Below, piece after piece: positions 33,377-47,097 of a DNA stretch of 64,000 nt. A program made the position numbers and the translations under genes. How positions within the stretch are numbered: the stretch's first letter is position 1; each line of letters starts with the position of its first letter. Source of the stretch: Amphiscolops sp. MND2022 (lineage: Eukaryota); the NCBI GenBank assembly GCA_964187785.1, contig OZ076409.1, forward strand, positions 96,288,001 through 96,352,000. Direction: 5' to 3'. Under the pieces are notes generated by a model, which was given only the letters and a program-made list of their open reading frames with translations, ran no database searches and had not been told where the DNA came from.

Positions 33377-34796
33377 CTGATGGTTAATAACTGATAATAA
33401 CCATGGTTGCCATTCAAATGTAATTCGAGTTTACAGAATTCTCAAGGAAAATTCCATGCATTACAATTTTACTATCCAATTGAATTTTATCAAACTGTCT
33501 CGAAGATGCATCCTAAATTTGGTGGCAGATTGGCGCCAGGGAGTTTTGCAAGTTTTTCCATGCAATTTTTCTATTGATAAATGCATCTGAGACCTTATCC
33601 GTTTAAAGCCGTTTTAATGCAAATAATCTGCAGTGATTTCAGATTTCATAGTAGCGTCATACTCTACCTGCAATCTGAGTATTTGTTTTAATTACATAAG
33701 TTTGATTACATAAGTTGAGTAGTTAAGAAGGCGGCTGTTCACAAGTCCGAAAAAAAATTTGGGTTGCACAAGTCCGAAAATAAATTTGAGTTGCAAAGTC
33801 TGAATAAAAACTCTTATCAAATTTGCTGTATGGCTCGGTCGCTTCGCTCCCTTCGCATGTGAACATAGCAGACTAGGGGAAATTGAAAAAATCATTTTTT
33901 TTACATCTTAGAACGGACTTCGTTCCAGTCCGCCCGCGTCAGCCAATCAGATTGCAGAGAATTATTCAGTGCTGAGTATTTCTTGCGCTGGATTTCTGAA
34001 ATCTTACTGGGCAATAAAATATTAATTTTATTCTTTCGGACTTGTGACTCGACACCGTTAAGAAAATGGTGAGTGGACGCTACATTGTAATCCTACAAAG
34101 TTTGTTTCCGAACAGGCGGCTCCCAGAATTTTCTGTTTTGTAGAAAGGTTCACATTACGACGCATAACCCTACACTTTTTGAAAACAGCGGAATTGACTG
34201 CTACCACCTACCAGACCTGGAATCCGCTGTTCTAAATTACGGATTTCAACGACACACTTTATAACACGTGCAGCGGAATCCGCTTGCATTTTTTCCTGGA
34301 TTCCGGAGACAAATCTCTTTACATTGAATTTTTGGTGGATTCTGGAGGCAAATCTCATTACATTAGACAACAGTGGATTCCGCAGTCACTGTACCGGAAT
34401 CCGGGGTCACATAATATTACGGATTCCGCGGATTTGCCTTATCGTCAACTGAAATCGCGAGAAATTATACACTGCGGTATTAGTCCCTGAATTCCGCGCA
34501 GCGAATTTCGCTCTTTGCGGTTGATATGTTTTAAAGCTTGGCCCAGGATTCCACTGCTCAAACGGCTCAAGTTTGAGCCGCACTAAAAGTGTAGGGTTTT
34601 GCGTCGTAATGCATTTGTATACATGAAGACAGCATGAAAAACATCCCAGCAGATTCAGCAAGGGTTTGAATGACATAATCTGAAATCGCGAAATCGTATT
34701 ACACTTTCGATATTGCCATTGTTTGTTTGCAGGAAAGAGAAAAATGTAATGACCTAACTCGCTGAAATTTATGTGAAAAATATGAAAACGTCGATG

Positions 34797-36461
34797 TGTC
34801 GCAGCCCCAAAGATGCGATGGGTCCGGAGTGCATCAGTAAAAGATAACCAACGACTTCGACAAACATTCTAAATACTGATATTTTTGTTTCTTTTCTCTT
34901 CATTTTTATCAAGTCATGTAAATTCTAGGTATATTTTGTATATTTGGATCATTGTGAGATTTTCCTGAGCTGTTATTGAAAGATAATTCATGTAAGAAGG
35001 CGCTAAAATACATGGTTCATTACAAATTTTAGCGTAAAACTCTCTATGCTATGAATTCCGTGCATATTATGCGTCAATATGCCGTAAATGTTGTGACGTA
35101 TAAGCGTCAAAAGTCATTTTTAGAATATTTTATATGCGTCATCATACGTAAACTTGACTCACGCATATGCGGCATTGTGCGTTTTTAACTACAAGACAAT
35201 ATACGTTTTTGGATAAACTGCATATGCGGCAATATGCGTTTTTACAATGCAATTATACACTGTTGAGCAGTTCTTATGTTATCGTATGTACGTCAACATG
35301 CGGTTTCCGCAGTGAAAGTATGAACGAATTGTGCAATATGGATTATGGAGTGTATGTGCTATTGTGCGTTATTGAATGTTGATGCTTACATGTTGTATAC
35401 GCTATCCTGCAGTACAGGGAATACCGCATATACGTCATTATGCATTTTTAGCTGTACTCTCATCATTTTGAAGTCATGTAGCGTTTAATTCATCTAATGA
35501 TACTTGAAACGTATTATACAGCGTCTAGCCTTGTTTTCCTAGGATTTTCACGGTCCCTTGATAATATTTAGGGTGTCATTGTAGTGTGATTTAAAGGATA
35601 TAAATAGAATGATGTGATTTTGACGTTATACTGTTTTTAGCTCTTTAAATAATGATACCTGTAAATGTGATTGTCATCCTTTTTGTATTTTTTGGAAAAC
35701 TGAAGGGACCATTCATTCGAACTTTATCTCTCTCATCAAGCAGTTGCTCACTTTTCAACCTGGTCTTTTGAAAGCAGTCTTTTTGACTAACATTGTTTTA
35801 TCTCCCGAATTGTCTTTAGATAATTCTTTTGAATAAATTCAAATTCTTCCCCAACAGCCAAAATATCGTTTTCCGTTGAGAAAGATGGGGAACAAAAGAA
35901 GTAGAAGGTCCAGGAGATTGGAGACCCCGTCTCCAGAAAGAGAACTCAATGAAACACAGGTAGAAACATCAACCCAAGGTAATATTACTTTGACAAATGC
36001 CGAATCTAATATCCATGGAAACCTTGACAATGATGAACTTAGGAACCAATTGATTGAACCTAGCCAATTAAGCAAAGAAATACAAGCGTGGACTGAGAAT
36101 TTTGAACAAAAGAACAATGATAGAATAACAAAAATGAGAGAAGAAATGGAGAACAAACTAGATGCAATCCTGAAGGAGATAAAATCTAATAAAAGTGTAT
36201 CAACAGTAACAAACCCAAGATCTGAAATGGATGATATACAAAACATACAGCCTTCGGGATACAAAACTAATAGGTCTATTGGAGTACACGCATCTCACAT
36301 CTATAACTCAGACTCAGAAAACGACGATTATCCTCTACAAGCTTCTAAAATGGGAGACCTGAAACATCCTGCTAAACCATTGTTCAGATGCGAATCTGAT
36401 GTAGATGTAACTATACATTCGGACGAAGAGTCCGACGCAGAGGAAGTGGAGGATTATCACA
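34797..36461 (+). repeat. E3 5' LTR (1665 bp)
   Basis: TGTCGCAG...TATCACA; matches the 3' LTR with a few substitutions and a 1-nt indel. Confidence 0.95.
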
Positions 36462-37582
36462 TGGTGACAGGAGCTAACAAACATCTCCATTGACAAAGTT
36501 CACAAAACTCCCAACCCTTAAACGATACCATTGGATCCCGCGCAGATCGACAAACATCAACAGCCATAAAAACACCTTTTGACCCAGTAAACCAAATTGC
36601 CCAAGCAATAGAGAAACTAGCAAACAAAAATGCACCACAATCACTGTTTCATCCAAAAAACACATTGACTTTCAATGGAAAAAATGAGAAAAATGAGAAA
36701 TTCGAATACTTCGAAGACTTGTTCCACACTACCCTTCGTATGCAGCCAAATCTAACCGAGGAAATGAAAATTAATCACTTCCACGCTCACCTTAGGGGTT
36801 TAGCCTTGAAAACCTTCAAAAACATACAAAGAACTCCAACCACAACCCTAGAGGACATCTTGAAGGTCTTCCGTAGAAAATATGTGAAACCAGAAGCCAG
36901 TGCTTCGGCAAAGCACCGATTTAATAGATTTTTCTTTGACCCCGAAAACCAAAAACTACCAGACTTTCCCGAAGAGCTCCAAGAAAGTGCTGAAAAAGCG
37001 TTTGGAGACAATGCACATCAGATGATAGAGAATTTACTCTATGCAAAGATGCCCCCTCACCTTAAAAAATCCATCAATGAAGCCTATCTTGAGAATGGGA
37101 GTTACGAACAGATCGTAAAACATCTCGAGAGAGAGATGGAACTAAACGGTTTGGAGGCAGACGAACCGTCGGTCAAGACCCAAATGACCGTCACCAAAAA
37201 AGAACAAAAGACTGACAAACCGACCAAAAAACAAAATGAAAACCCTAAAACGCAAACCCCAAAAACAGTACCCAACAAGACACTTAAAAATGACCAATGC
37301 CGTTATTGCAAAGAGGCGGGCCACATGATGGCCGACTGCCCCAAATTAGCAAAACCGCGTAAACTTGAAGAAGATCCGGATGCAGAAAAAGGTCAAAACT
37401 GCAACACACCCGGGCATGAAGAGGAAAACTGCTACTTTGGTGCCAATATGGAAAATCGTCCATCGAAATGGAACCTTACTGACGCTCAAAAGAAAGTCAT
37501 CGAAGCTTACAAACAAGCTCGAAAACCTATTAAACCAAAAATAGAACGACCTCAACAATCCTCTTCCAAGGATTTAAACTAG
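35885..37582 (+). pseudogene. gag: E3 gag with one in-frame TGA (36491-36493)
   Basis: ORFs 35876-36493 and 36665-37582 share a frame; CRYCKEAGHMMADC knuckle; homologous to E1 Gag. Confidence 0.88.
37573..37579 (+). promoter_or_regulatory. -1 frameshift slippery heptamer U UUA AAC
   Basis: Directly before the gag TAG; the -1 frame is open into pol. Confidence 0.8.
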
Positions 37583-40500
37583 AAACGCCACGCCTTAGCA
37601 ATCGAAACGCCCAAATAACTGAAAAACCACAAGATGACTGGCAGCATCAAGTGGAAACCATAAATATACAACTCAAACAACTCACCACAGAACCAGAATA
37701 CACACCACAAACACATAATCACTCCGACAACGATGAACCTCCACAGGAATCATACTATGAACTTATGAGAGATGCTCCTGATAAGTATTTTTCAGACAAT
37801 ACTCAAACCCCCCCTCTACCTACAGATAAACCACCAGCAAATGAACACCCGAGTACTTTTTCTTGCAATGAACAAAAACAACCCCTTCTAGATGAAGATA
37901 TCCCAAACCACATCCAGTTTGATCAGGAACGCAACCTGTCATATCTACCTATGTCAACCTCGCTAACATTGAAACGAAAACACCATATGTACTATATGCC
38001 AATGGACTTCGAAAAACTCACACTTGGCGGACTCATCGACACAGGAGCCCTGACTAGTGCAATCTCCGAACAAGACCTTAACAAAATCAAATTAATTGCA
38101 AATGAAGCAATAAAAGATACTGGCCCCCACCAAACTTTCAAATTATGGTGGCTAACGGTCAATTAGAAGTACCCATCGGCACAGTTTTACTTGAATTCGA
38201 AGTGGCTGATTTCATGTTACGAGAAAATTTCATTATCATGAAAAACCTACCAAACCCACTCATTGGTGTCTGCTTTCTCCGCAGAAACAATGCAGTTTTT
38301 GATGTCACACAAGGCATCCTAACTTTCCCATACCTCTCAATGCAACTAAAACCAGATACGCAGGTAACAATGCGTCAAGCAACGCCTTTATTTGCTGAAA
38401 ATACATACACACTACAACCAGGTGAAACCCTCGCCATAGCAAGCAGAATGCCCCACCTGTTAGACCATGATGCAACAGGAATAGTCACACCTTCACCACA
38501 ATTCGAAAGCCACGACAGCATTTTCATCACATCGTCACTTAGTACGGTTAACAATAATGCTATCGGGTACCAAATAGTCAACTTCTCAGAACTTCCATAT
38601 ACAATAGTTTGCGACACCCATTTAGCAGACTTCAAAATCCTCACACCAGAACAAATCAAACATATACAACCTGTAGATCCAGCGATGTTGTCATTTATGA
38701 TACAGCATGAAGAAACCACCGAAATCTACATAAATGAATTACTAAAAGTTCCTTCACAAAACCCCGAACAAGAGTCTTATTGGTTCCCAACACCAGAAGA
38801 TCCAGGAGACCCTACAACCTATACCCCAATCCAACAACGAATCTACAATGAACTCCTTGAGCTTAAAGAACTCGAACAACTCAACCCACAAGAAAATGAA
38901 AAATCCAGGAAAACTTTCCTTTCGAATTTCGACTGGACCGACACAACGCTCAACCCAGAAGAACAGAAACAAATTGAAAAAATCCTCATTGAATTCCATG
39001 AAATTTTTGCCAGACATCGATTCGACATTGGCACCAATCGTGAATTTAAGGTTAAGCTTACACCAAATGATGACCGACCAGCATACAGTCAAAGTTTACC
39101 AACACCAATCAACCTTAAAGATGACATTACGGTAGAACTAGCACTTCTACACAAATATGGAATCATAACAACCCTACCTTTCTCAAAATACGCTAGTCCA
39201 ATTTTTGCACAACGCAAACCGAACGGACGCCTCAGACTGCTAGTGGATCTTAGAAAAATCAACAACTTAATCACCGAAGACTACATCAACAATAACCACC
39301 CGGTAAGCACATTATCGGATGCAGCACAACATATGGCAGGAAAGAAACTTTTCTGCAAATTAGACTGCTCCCAAGCTTACCACTGCTTCCAAATGGCAGA
39401 CTACCAATCTATCCAGATGCTTGCTTTCAACTTCGCAAGCCGAACTTTTGCTTACCGCAGACTCGCCCAAGGGCTTAGCTGATCTCTTTCAGCCTTCTCA
39501 AGCTTCATGAGGGAGTACCTTGACAAGGCGATCAAGGCCGACCAATGTGCACAGTACGTTGATGACATTGGTATAGCAGCAAATGACTCAAAACAACTAT
39601 GCGCCAACATCAGGACGGTCTTTGAATGCATCCGAAATGCTGGTTTAAAACTCACAATGTCCAAATGTCGTTTCGGAGTTAAACAAGTCGACTTCCTAGG
39701 ACGAACAATTACACCCAAAGGCGTGGCCCCTCAAGCTGACAAAGTCAAAGATTTCTTATCGAAATTGAGATTCCCTAAATCCAAAAAAGCACTCCAAAGG
39801 TATATAGGATTCCTGAACTATTACCGCAATTACATCCCGAGACTCTCTGAACGTCTCTCTCCATTCTTTAAACTCCTTAAAGAAACCTCCAAATTCTATA
39901 TACCCACTAATTTGGTCGAAGATTTCACCAACCTCAACAAATTTCTCGAAAACTCATGCCAATTAGCATTGAGACAACCCCTTAAAGATAAACAACTCAT
40001 AGTAATGTCTGATGCAAGCTTCACAGCAGCAGGATATGTTATCATGATAGAAGATGATCCCAACCAAAAACTCCAGTCCAAACGCAAAACCTATGCACCC
40101 ATAGCATTTGGTTCGAAAACATTCAACCCAACACAAACAAAATTATCGATCTATGCGAAAGAATTCCTTTCCATCTACTTTGCTTTTGTCGAATTTGGAC
40201 ACCTTATGTGGGGGAGCACATTCCCCATCATAGTGTTCACAGACAACAGAGCGGTTACCCGTTTTTTTCAAGCAAAACTTATTCCTCCAGCACTCTGGAA
40301 TGCATGTGATTATGTCCTGCAATACAATTTTGTCATTGCCCACGTTGCTGGTTCAATGAACACTGCGGCGGATTTCCTGTCCAGAACGGAAGTCAACCCA
40401 GTCGAAAAACTCGAAATGAGCATAAGAAACGATATACGAACGAAAGCGATAGAAGTCAATATACAATCCTCAGGTATCGTAGAAGAAGAACAAATTTACA

Positions 40501-42449
40501 TCCTCCCTGATGATGAATTTGATGAAAACAAACTTTGGGAGGAAAAACAAAACGTGAGAAATCAGGCTCAAACTGAAACTCACAATGACCCAGAAAACAA
40601 TGTTACTGAACTTCAACAATTTCACAAACCAACATCCGGCTTAAACACATGCTCTGAAGGACATTTCCGAGACAATGCCAGGATCAGACTCGAACAAAAC
40701 AGTGACATTGTTCTTAGAAATCTCAGAGCTAAAATCGAAGGAAACCCTTTCGATGAAAACGACTTGGCATCTGACTACAGATACCAACATTACCTCCAAA
40801 ACATAACCAGAATTGAAATCAAGCAAGAGGTTCTTACTCGCAAATACTACACAGACATTGGAACCACTTCGCATTACCAAATTCTGCTACCAACACAACT
40901 CCTAGAAGAACTACTTCAAGCCTTACATGGCCACAACTCAAACCATCCAGGTATCACAAAGATGATACAAGAGGTGAGGCAGAAATACTACTACCCGTGT
41001 GTTGCAAAATACATTAAAAAATGGGTGACTAATTGTCAAACCTGCATACAAACCAAAAGGATCAATAATGACCTCCTCAGGACCGAACTACTTAATTGCC
41101 CAGAATGGGACCTCGGCCCCGAAGACATTCTCCAAATGGACATCCTACCAAACCTTCCACCCAGTGGTGGATACGACCACATTAAAACAGCAATTGATGT
41201 TTTCTCGCGATACTTGTTTGCTTACCCAGTGACTCGTATAACTGCAACATCAGTCGCTCGAGTAATAATGGACATTTTATGCAAACATACATACCTTCCA
41301 ACAACACTAATCACAGACCTTGGAACACAATTCAATGCCCAAGTAACCCACGAAGTAACAGCAGTCCTAGGTGTTGAGATTAAACATGCAACAATGAAAC
41401 ACGCTCAAACAATAGGACTCCTGGAAAGAACACATGCTTCAGTAAAAACCCAACTTAGAGCAGCAACTGGAGAATTCCGACATAACTGGCATAAATTTCT
41501 ACCGTTAGCGGTTCTAAACCACAACACAACATATCACGCATCGCTTGGTTGCGAGCCTTCACGAGTTTTTCACGGCCGCATACCACATAACATACTGGAC
41601 TACAAGTTAGGATATAATCCTAATCCAAAATACCAGCCGCAAACTGTTGTCGCAGAAGAAATACAACGAAGAATGCGAATATTACTAGACCAGACCAAAA
41701 AGAACATAATGCAATCCTATCTTAAATATAAAGCTTATTATGATAGGAAGGCCAAGGCCTCACCGCTGGAAACAACGGACTACTGCTACATTCTTAATCC
41801 GAAGGCCGACACACAGGCAACGAAAATACCATTCCGTGAATTCAGATGGCAGGGTCCTTACAAGGTTGAAAAAGTCCTTCCTAACAACAATTACATAGTT
41901 AGGAGACTAGGAACAAACAAAACACAACTCTTACACCGAATTCGGTTGAGGAAATTTACACCGCACGCACCTTTAGCTGACATTTTTGTCCGAGAATCCG
42001 ATTGGCAAAAAGATGATCAAATGCCAGTGGCTCATGATGACTTATATGCTCAATCATGGAACACAAATTTTGGACCTAATCCCTTCGAGGACAGCCCTCC
42101 GGATCATACACAGAACACTGATGATATTGAATACGTATCTGTTGATGCACCTGAAAATAACCACCCTCCCTCCCTCGAATTTCCAAAAAACAGTGGGGGG
42201 AGCCCAGTGGAACAGTCCACTGAACGCAAAGAAGAAACTTATGATGAAATCCAGCAAGAAATCCAAGATAATGATACAGAAACCTCCCAAAAAACCCCAA
42301 AAGAAAAGACACCAGATACACAAACCCAAAAAACTCCAGAAAATTCACAAAATACCCCATTGCAAGAAGAACCCATAAATACTCGTGGTGAAAAATACAA
42401 CTTACGCCCTAACCCTAACCCAAACTTCTCAGACTCTTACAGATATTAA
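37573..42449 (+). pseudogene. pol: E3 pol with a frameshift (~38125) and an in-frame TGA (39480-39482)
   Basis: LIDTGA, YVDD, SDAS, HHCC/DDE and WQGPY motifs; colinear with E1 Pol. Confidence 0.93.
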
Positions 42450-42634
42450 AAAATACAAACAAATAACACTTTTTCAGTACCCCTCTTCAATTCGGGAGTC
42501 CTTGTTTTTTTCTTTTCAATAAGCAAGTACGCTCCTGACAAGTAAATAATGGAACGACTTACTAAATCACAAATAAATACAAAATGTGATACAAATAACT
42601 AAAGTTCAACCAAACAATAAGTTGAATTCCAACG

Positions 42635-45600
42635 TTAGTTTTTCTTCGACTTAGAAGACTTTGGCTTGGTGGCTGCAACAGACTCACTAGAATCGTCTTC
42701 AGAGCATCGGGCAACGGACACGCTAAGTCGCCCAAGGGAGGGCTCAGGAGAAGGAGTACTGGCATTACTGGTCGATCTACTGAGACTAGGAGTGGTCCCA
42801 CCAGACTCTACAACAACTTTCTCAGCTTGTAGGACAGATCTCTTGTAGGCAACTTCAAGTTTGCCCCGTAGAGCAGTTCTTCGCGGGCCACTACCCTTGA
42901 GGAAATTCCAAATTGAAAATTTTTTGTCAATCAACAAGTCCTGACCTCTGCCCAACAAGCGAAATGCTCGCCCAATTGAACGCTGATCTCTGTACAAACT
43001 GGAAACATGCGGAACGCTCAAGTAAGATTGCTGCAGACTAGTCACGCACGATCGGAACATCTCTTTATCAGATGATAATGTTGGGACTGGCACTTCAAAA
43101 TGATCAACTTTGCCAACAAATGGAGGCAAGCAGAGACAAGCGTAACGAAACAAATGAAGCAGGTCCGGTCGACTTTGCATTTCATAATGAGAGGCAAGGT
43201 ATTGCACCCAATTGTCGTCCTTAACCACAGAATCAGCCCGCAATTTGGTAGCCAGAGAACGATATTGGCTGACACACTTGACTTTATCGCTAGGAGAAAG
43301 CCATCCTGAATTAACGAAATAGGTTGTGAGCTTTTCCACTGCACTAACGTAGTGCCTCTCTGGTCCTTCTACCATAACAGCAAAATCGAATGACGACAAT
43401 CCTCTAAACAGATTTGAATTGACAAGCTCATGTTTCAGCAAAATTTTGCAAAAAGATTTGCAAAATGCAATCGACTGATCAATGAATTTGCCCGGCCGGG
43501 GCAATTTGCTAGCGATCACTAAATTGTGATAGTCAACATTCAAAACGAATTCCGAAGCAGTTTTGAAAGGAAGGTCGGTTCGATCCAAATCGAGGCACAA
43601 ATAATTGTCCCAATCAGAAATGCTTCCCAAAGTTTGATCGGGTAGAATATTCTGCAGTTGGCAAAACAGAAACACAGCAAACTTGTTGAAAAGTCTAAAT
43701 CCACTATCCATTTGACCTTCCAATTCGGAGAAAGCTGAATTATCTAAAACAAACAACATGGAATCCAGTTAAACATTCCCCTGAAGTCAGATATACGAAA
43801 AATACAACAAGAAGAACGTCGAAAAGATATACTATACACTATTCCCCATGTTGATTTACGAAGAATATACGTCATTAGAAGGAAATTTTTATCAAATATA
43901 CGCCATTACACACTTTAAGCTATGCCGAGTATACGTTATTATACGGAACTCGCTGCAAAGCTTATACGAACACGTGCATAAATACTATACGTCAAAGTAC
44001 AGGAAGAAAGATGGTGAGTGTACGTCATTATACGCATCTTACAAGAAAAGGTATGACGTCAACGATTGGAATGAATTGTAATGTCTATACGCTATCATGC
44101 GGAATGAGGCGTGATGACTATACGTCATTATGCGGATGCAGCAGTGTGAAGGACGAGTCACAATGGTAATGCATCATTATACGGAATGAGGTGTGATGAC
44201 TATACGTCATTATGCGGATGCAGCAGTGTGAAGGACGAGTCACAATGGTAATGCATCACTATACGGAATGAGGTGTGATGACTATACGTCATTATGCGGA
44301 TTCAGTAGAACAAAGAACGAGACATCGATGAGATGCATCATTACACGGAACGAGCTATAACAACTATACGTCACTATGCGGTTTCAGCATGATAGAGAGC
44401 AAATTACAATGTCGTTACACAGAACGAGTTACAATGACCATACGCCACTATGCGGAATACGAATAACTTTGCGGAGCTACCTTGTAATGCTAAATTAAAA
44501 AGGAGATGCACATATATGCAGATTAATCCGGAATGATTACAATGAAATATGCGGAATTAGCCTTAGAAAAGCAAAAATTGCAGTGTTTTGTTCGTACCGG
44601 ATAAAGCAGGGCAGTAGTAACGGTCAAAGCAACAAAACGTGGAAAAAGAGACGCAACTACTAGGAATTAGGAGAGAAATTGGACGTTGGGAAGTTAACGC
44701 ACATAATATGCAAAAAGTTAGTCAGGTTAACAAAACTGTCCCGAAAAGACTAAATATATAAAGACAACTCACAATGGTCAATCACACATCGTATGATGAA
44801 TAGACGGGCCAGGTAGGCTGTGTCCAGCTTGAAACATTCATCGAGGGTGTTTGGCTAAAAGCAGTGGGGAATGAAATAAATTGAAACTCGGACATTTGTA
44901 ATACGTGATAAAGAAAACCGACCTCTCTCATGTGGAAGCGATAAATTGGCAGTCGCGAAACCTGATTGAGATGCTGCAACACATGGTCCGAGTTCGCAGA
45001 AAGCTGTTCAATAATGATGGACGCCTCATGGAGCGAGTAGTCGAGCGTGATGACACACTAAAAACGAAAAATTGGTATTATTTTCAGCATACTAACCAAG
45101 ACAAATGCTCTCAGGAAAATACCAACTTTGTGTAAAGTCGGCAATGAATGGAGCCAGTCTCGATCGAGAGCTGTACGAAGCTTCATCAGGAGGTAGTCGA
45201 GTATCGACCGGAAGTCGTGCCTCTCGATAATTTGGGTTGTGGGCTTTTCAAGAGACTTTTCAAAATCAGCAGGTCCATATGTTTTGACAATTTTCGGTCT
45301 TCGGTTCCCGGGCAGTGTCGAAGCCAAGCAATTGCCTAATTTGTCTCCACCCCCAAGGACACTGATGCAAGAAGGAGGTTGCTCGAGTAGGCTCAGAAAC
45401 GATGAAATTAAATCCAAAATGCGTCGGGGAATCAAAACCCCTCGGGGGCCAGTACCGATGCAGACACGGTAGAGTACATTTCCTGTCCAGAAGCACACGA
45501 AGAGACGAACGTGAGTTGGGTCATGCTGGAAGATGATTGAATAGACCCCAGAAGATGAAATTGCAGTCACGCAATAATTTACCAGCTCTCGAAACATGTA

Positions 45601-47097
45601 CACCAAGATTCCCTGGGAACAAAATAAAACTCAGAAACTCAAATGACAATTTGATCATGGGTAGAATTTCCTGGTTGAGAACGCTAACTTAAATTGGAAA
45701 GTAGGAGAATTTACTTACAAAAATGCGATGTTCGCTCCAGTTGAGTGATGTAGCTTGTTGAACACTCGGGAGGTGTCGTACCAACTCATCATGGACTCCA
45801 GTCAGACTATTTAGATGGCCTCCAAACCGCAACCCGAACTCAAGGATGCAAATTTGCGACAGAACTTCTTCAATAGGGCTGGTATGACTGGCTAAATCAG
45901 ATACTGAGGTTTGGTTTACCAAGGGCCGGCAAGGATCCAGTTGTGGCGCAATCGGGTAGGTGTCTTTCGCCTTTCTTTTAGCCTCGCTGAGAGGCACCCC
46001 TTGCAGTTCTTTCTCTTCCCGATCGAAGAGTGGCATTCCAGGAATTTCCATGCGAATCCTGTGTTCCTTTACTAAGTGGCCCTCAGTACGGTAGTAGGAC
46101 AATAATTCTAAAACCCCTCTGCTCATAAGGGATAACTCCACTTTGCAGACTCTACACCACCATTTGTAGGGTGTTTTCTCCTTGTCAAGGGGCCCAGTAG
46201 CCGAAAAATTTAAGACAGGATGTTTCCTGAACATATGGGTTTTCAGGGAGTATTTAGGTCTTTGCCTTTTCCCTCGTACAAAAGAAGATCCTGCTGTTGG
46301 AGGGCAAGGCACCATAGGCAGCTCGGAACTGTTTGCTGCATTGGGATTGGGGACAATCGTTGTGTCTCCTTAGTTCCACACGGGTTCGTTTGTGACCATT
46401 AATGAAATCGGTCGGTCCCACTCGGCTTCCTCACCATGCAGAAGAGCAGGAGGTAATCGGTCTAGTACCCTAGACAAGGCAAGTATCTCATTTCTCGTGA
46501 TGCTGATTCTCCCTGGATTCACTTGAGGCATCATCTCTCCTTCATCGATCACAAGGTTTTCAGTCGGGGTATTAGTAAGATTAGCTTGAGCAATTGGTTC
46601 CGGTTCAGCAATATGGTGAGGAGGGGAGGTTATCTCTTCTTCGTGAGAACGATCAAGGATGTAACGACTAAAAGGAGAAGACATCATGTGGGAACTTCCA
46701 GCTGCCATAATCCCTTCCAGCAGTTCTTGGGATATTTCCCCAGGAAATAAATCCATTGCAGGTGGAGGAGGAGTGTCACAACTTTGAGTTTGAGCGTTCT
46801 TGCTTTGTTCTGCTCCGAGGGGCTGTTCTACGTGATGCTCAATCCCTTCACAAGTTTGATGGAGCACAACTACCGACGAATCATCGTCTCGCACGACAGA
46901 ATCTGGCACCCCTTCTTCTGCTGGGGATCTTTTGGGACGAGAGTTTTCTCTGCAGTAGAATGGGGCAATACAGACGTGGAAGGACCAGGGTTGTTTGTCT
47001 GGATAGCTGGGGAAATGACTTCCAATGGGGTATATATCTTGGTAGGGGATCTTCCAGGAGACCTCTCTGTTGCTCCAAGTTCGACTAAAACAATCAA
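42635..47097 (-). pseudogene. E3 antisense spliced zinc-finger / hAT-like gene; exons ~47097-45719, 45612-45127, 45057-44923, 44854-44773, 43743-42635
   Basis: GT...AG introns at the same positions and phases as E1; WWCRVCKVELS..RTEGH finger; exon 1 has a stop (46370-46372) and a frameshift (~46900); start codon not identified. Confidence 0.78.
44090..44460. repeat. 82-bp tandem repeat (~3 copies plus degenerate units) inside intron 4 of the E3 antisense gene
   Basis: GGAATGAGG at 44101, 44183 and 44265; each unit carries TACGTCATTATGCGG. Confidence 0.88.

Noticed and set aside
34200..34510. Cluster of GGATTCCG / CGGAATCC motifs (similar near 61940-62060)
   Set aside because: Probably subterminal repeats of a decayed DNA element, but no TIR or TSD could be defined
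44090..44460. Repeat array as a possible CRISPR
   Set aside because: Whole 82-bp units are repeated with no unique spacers, no cas genes, eukaryotic context
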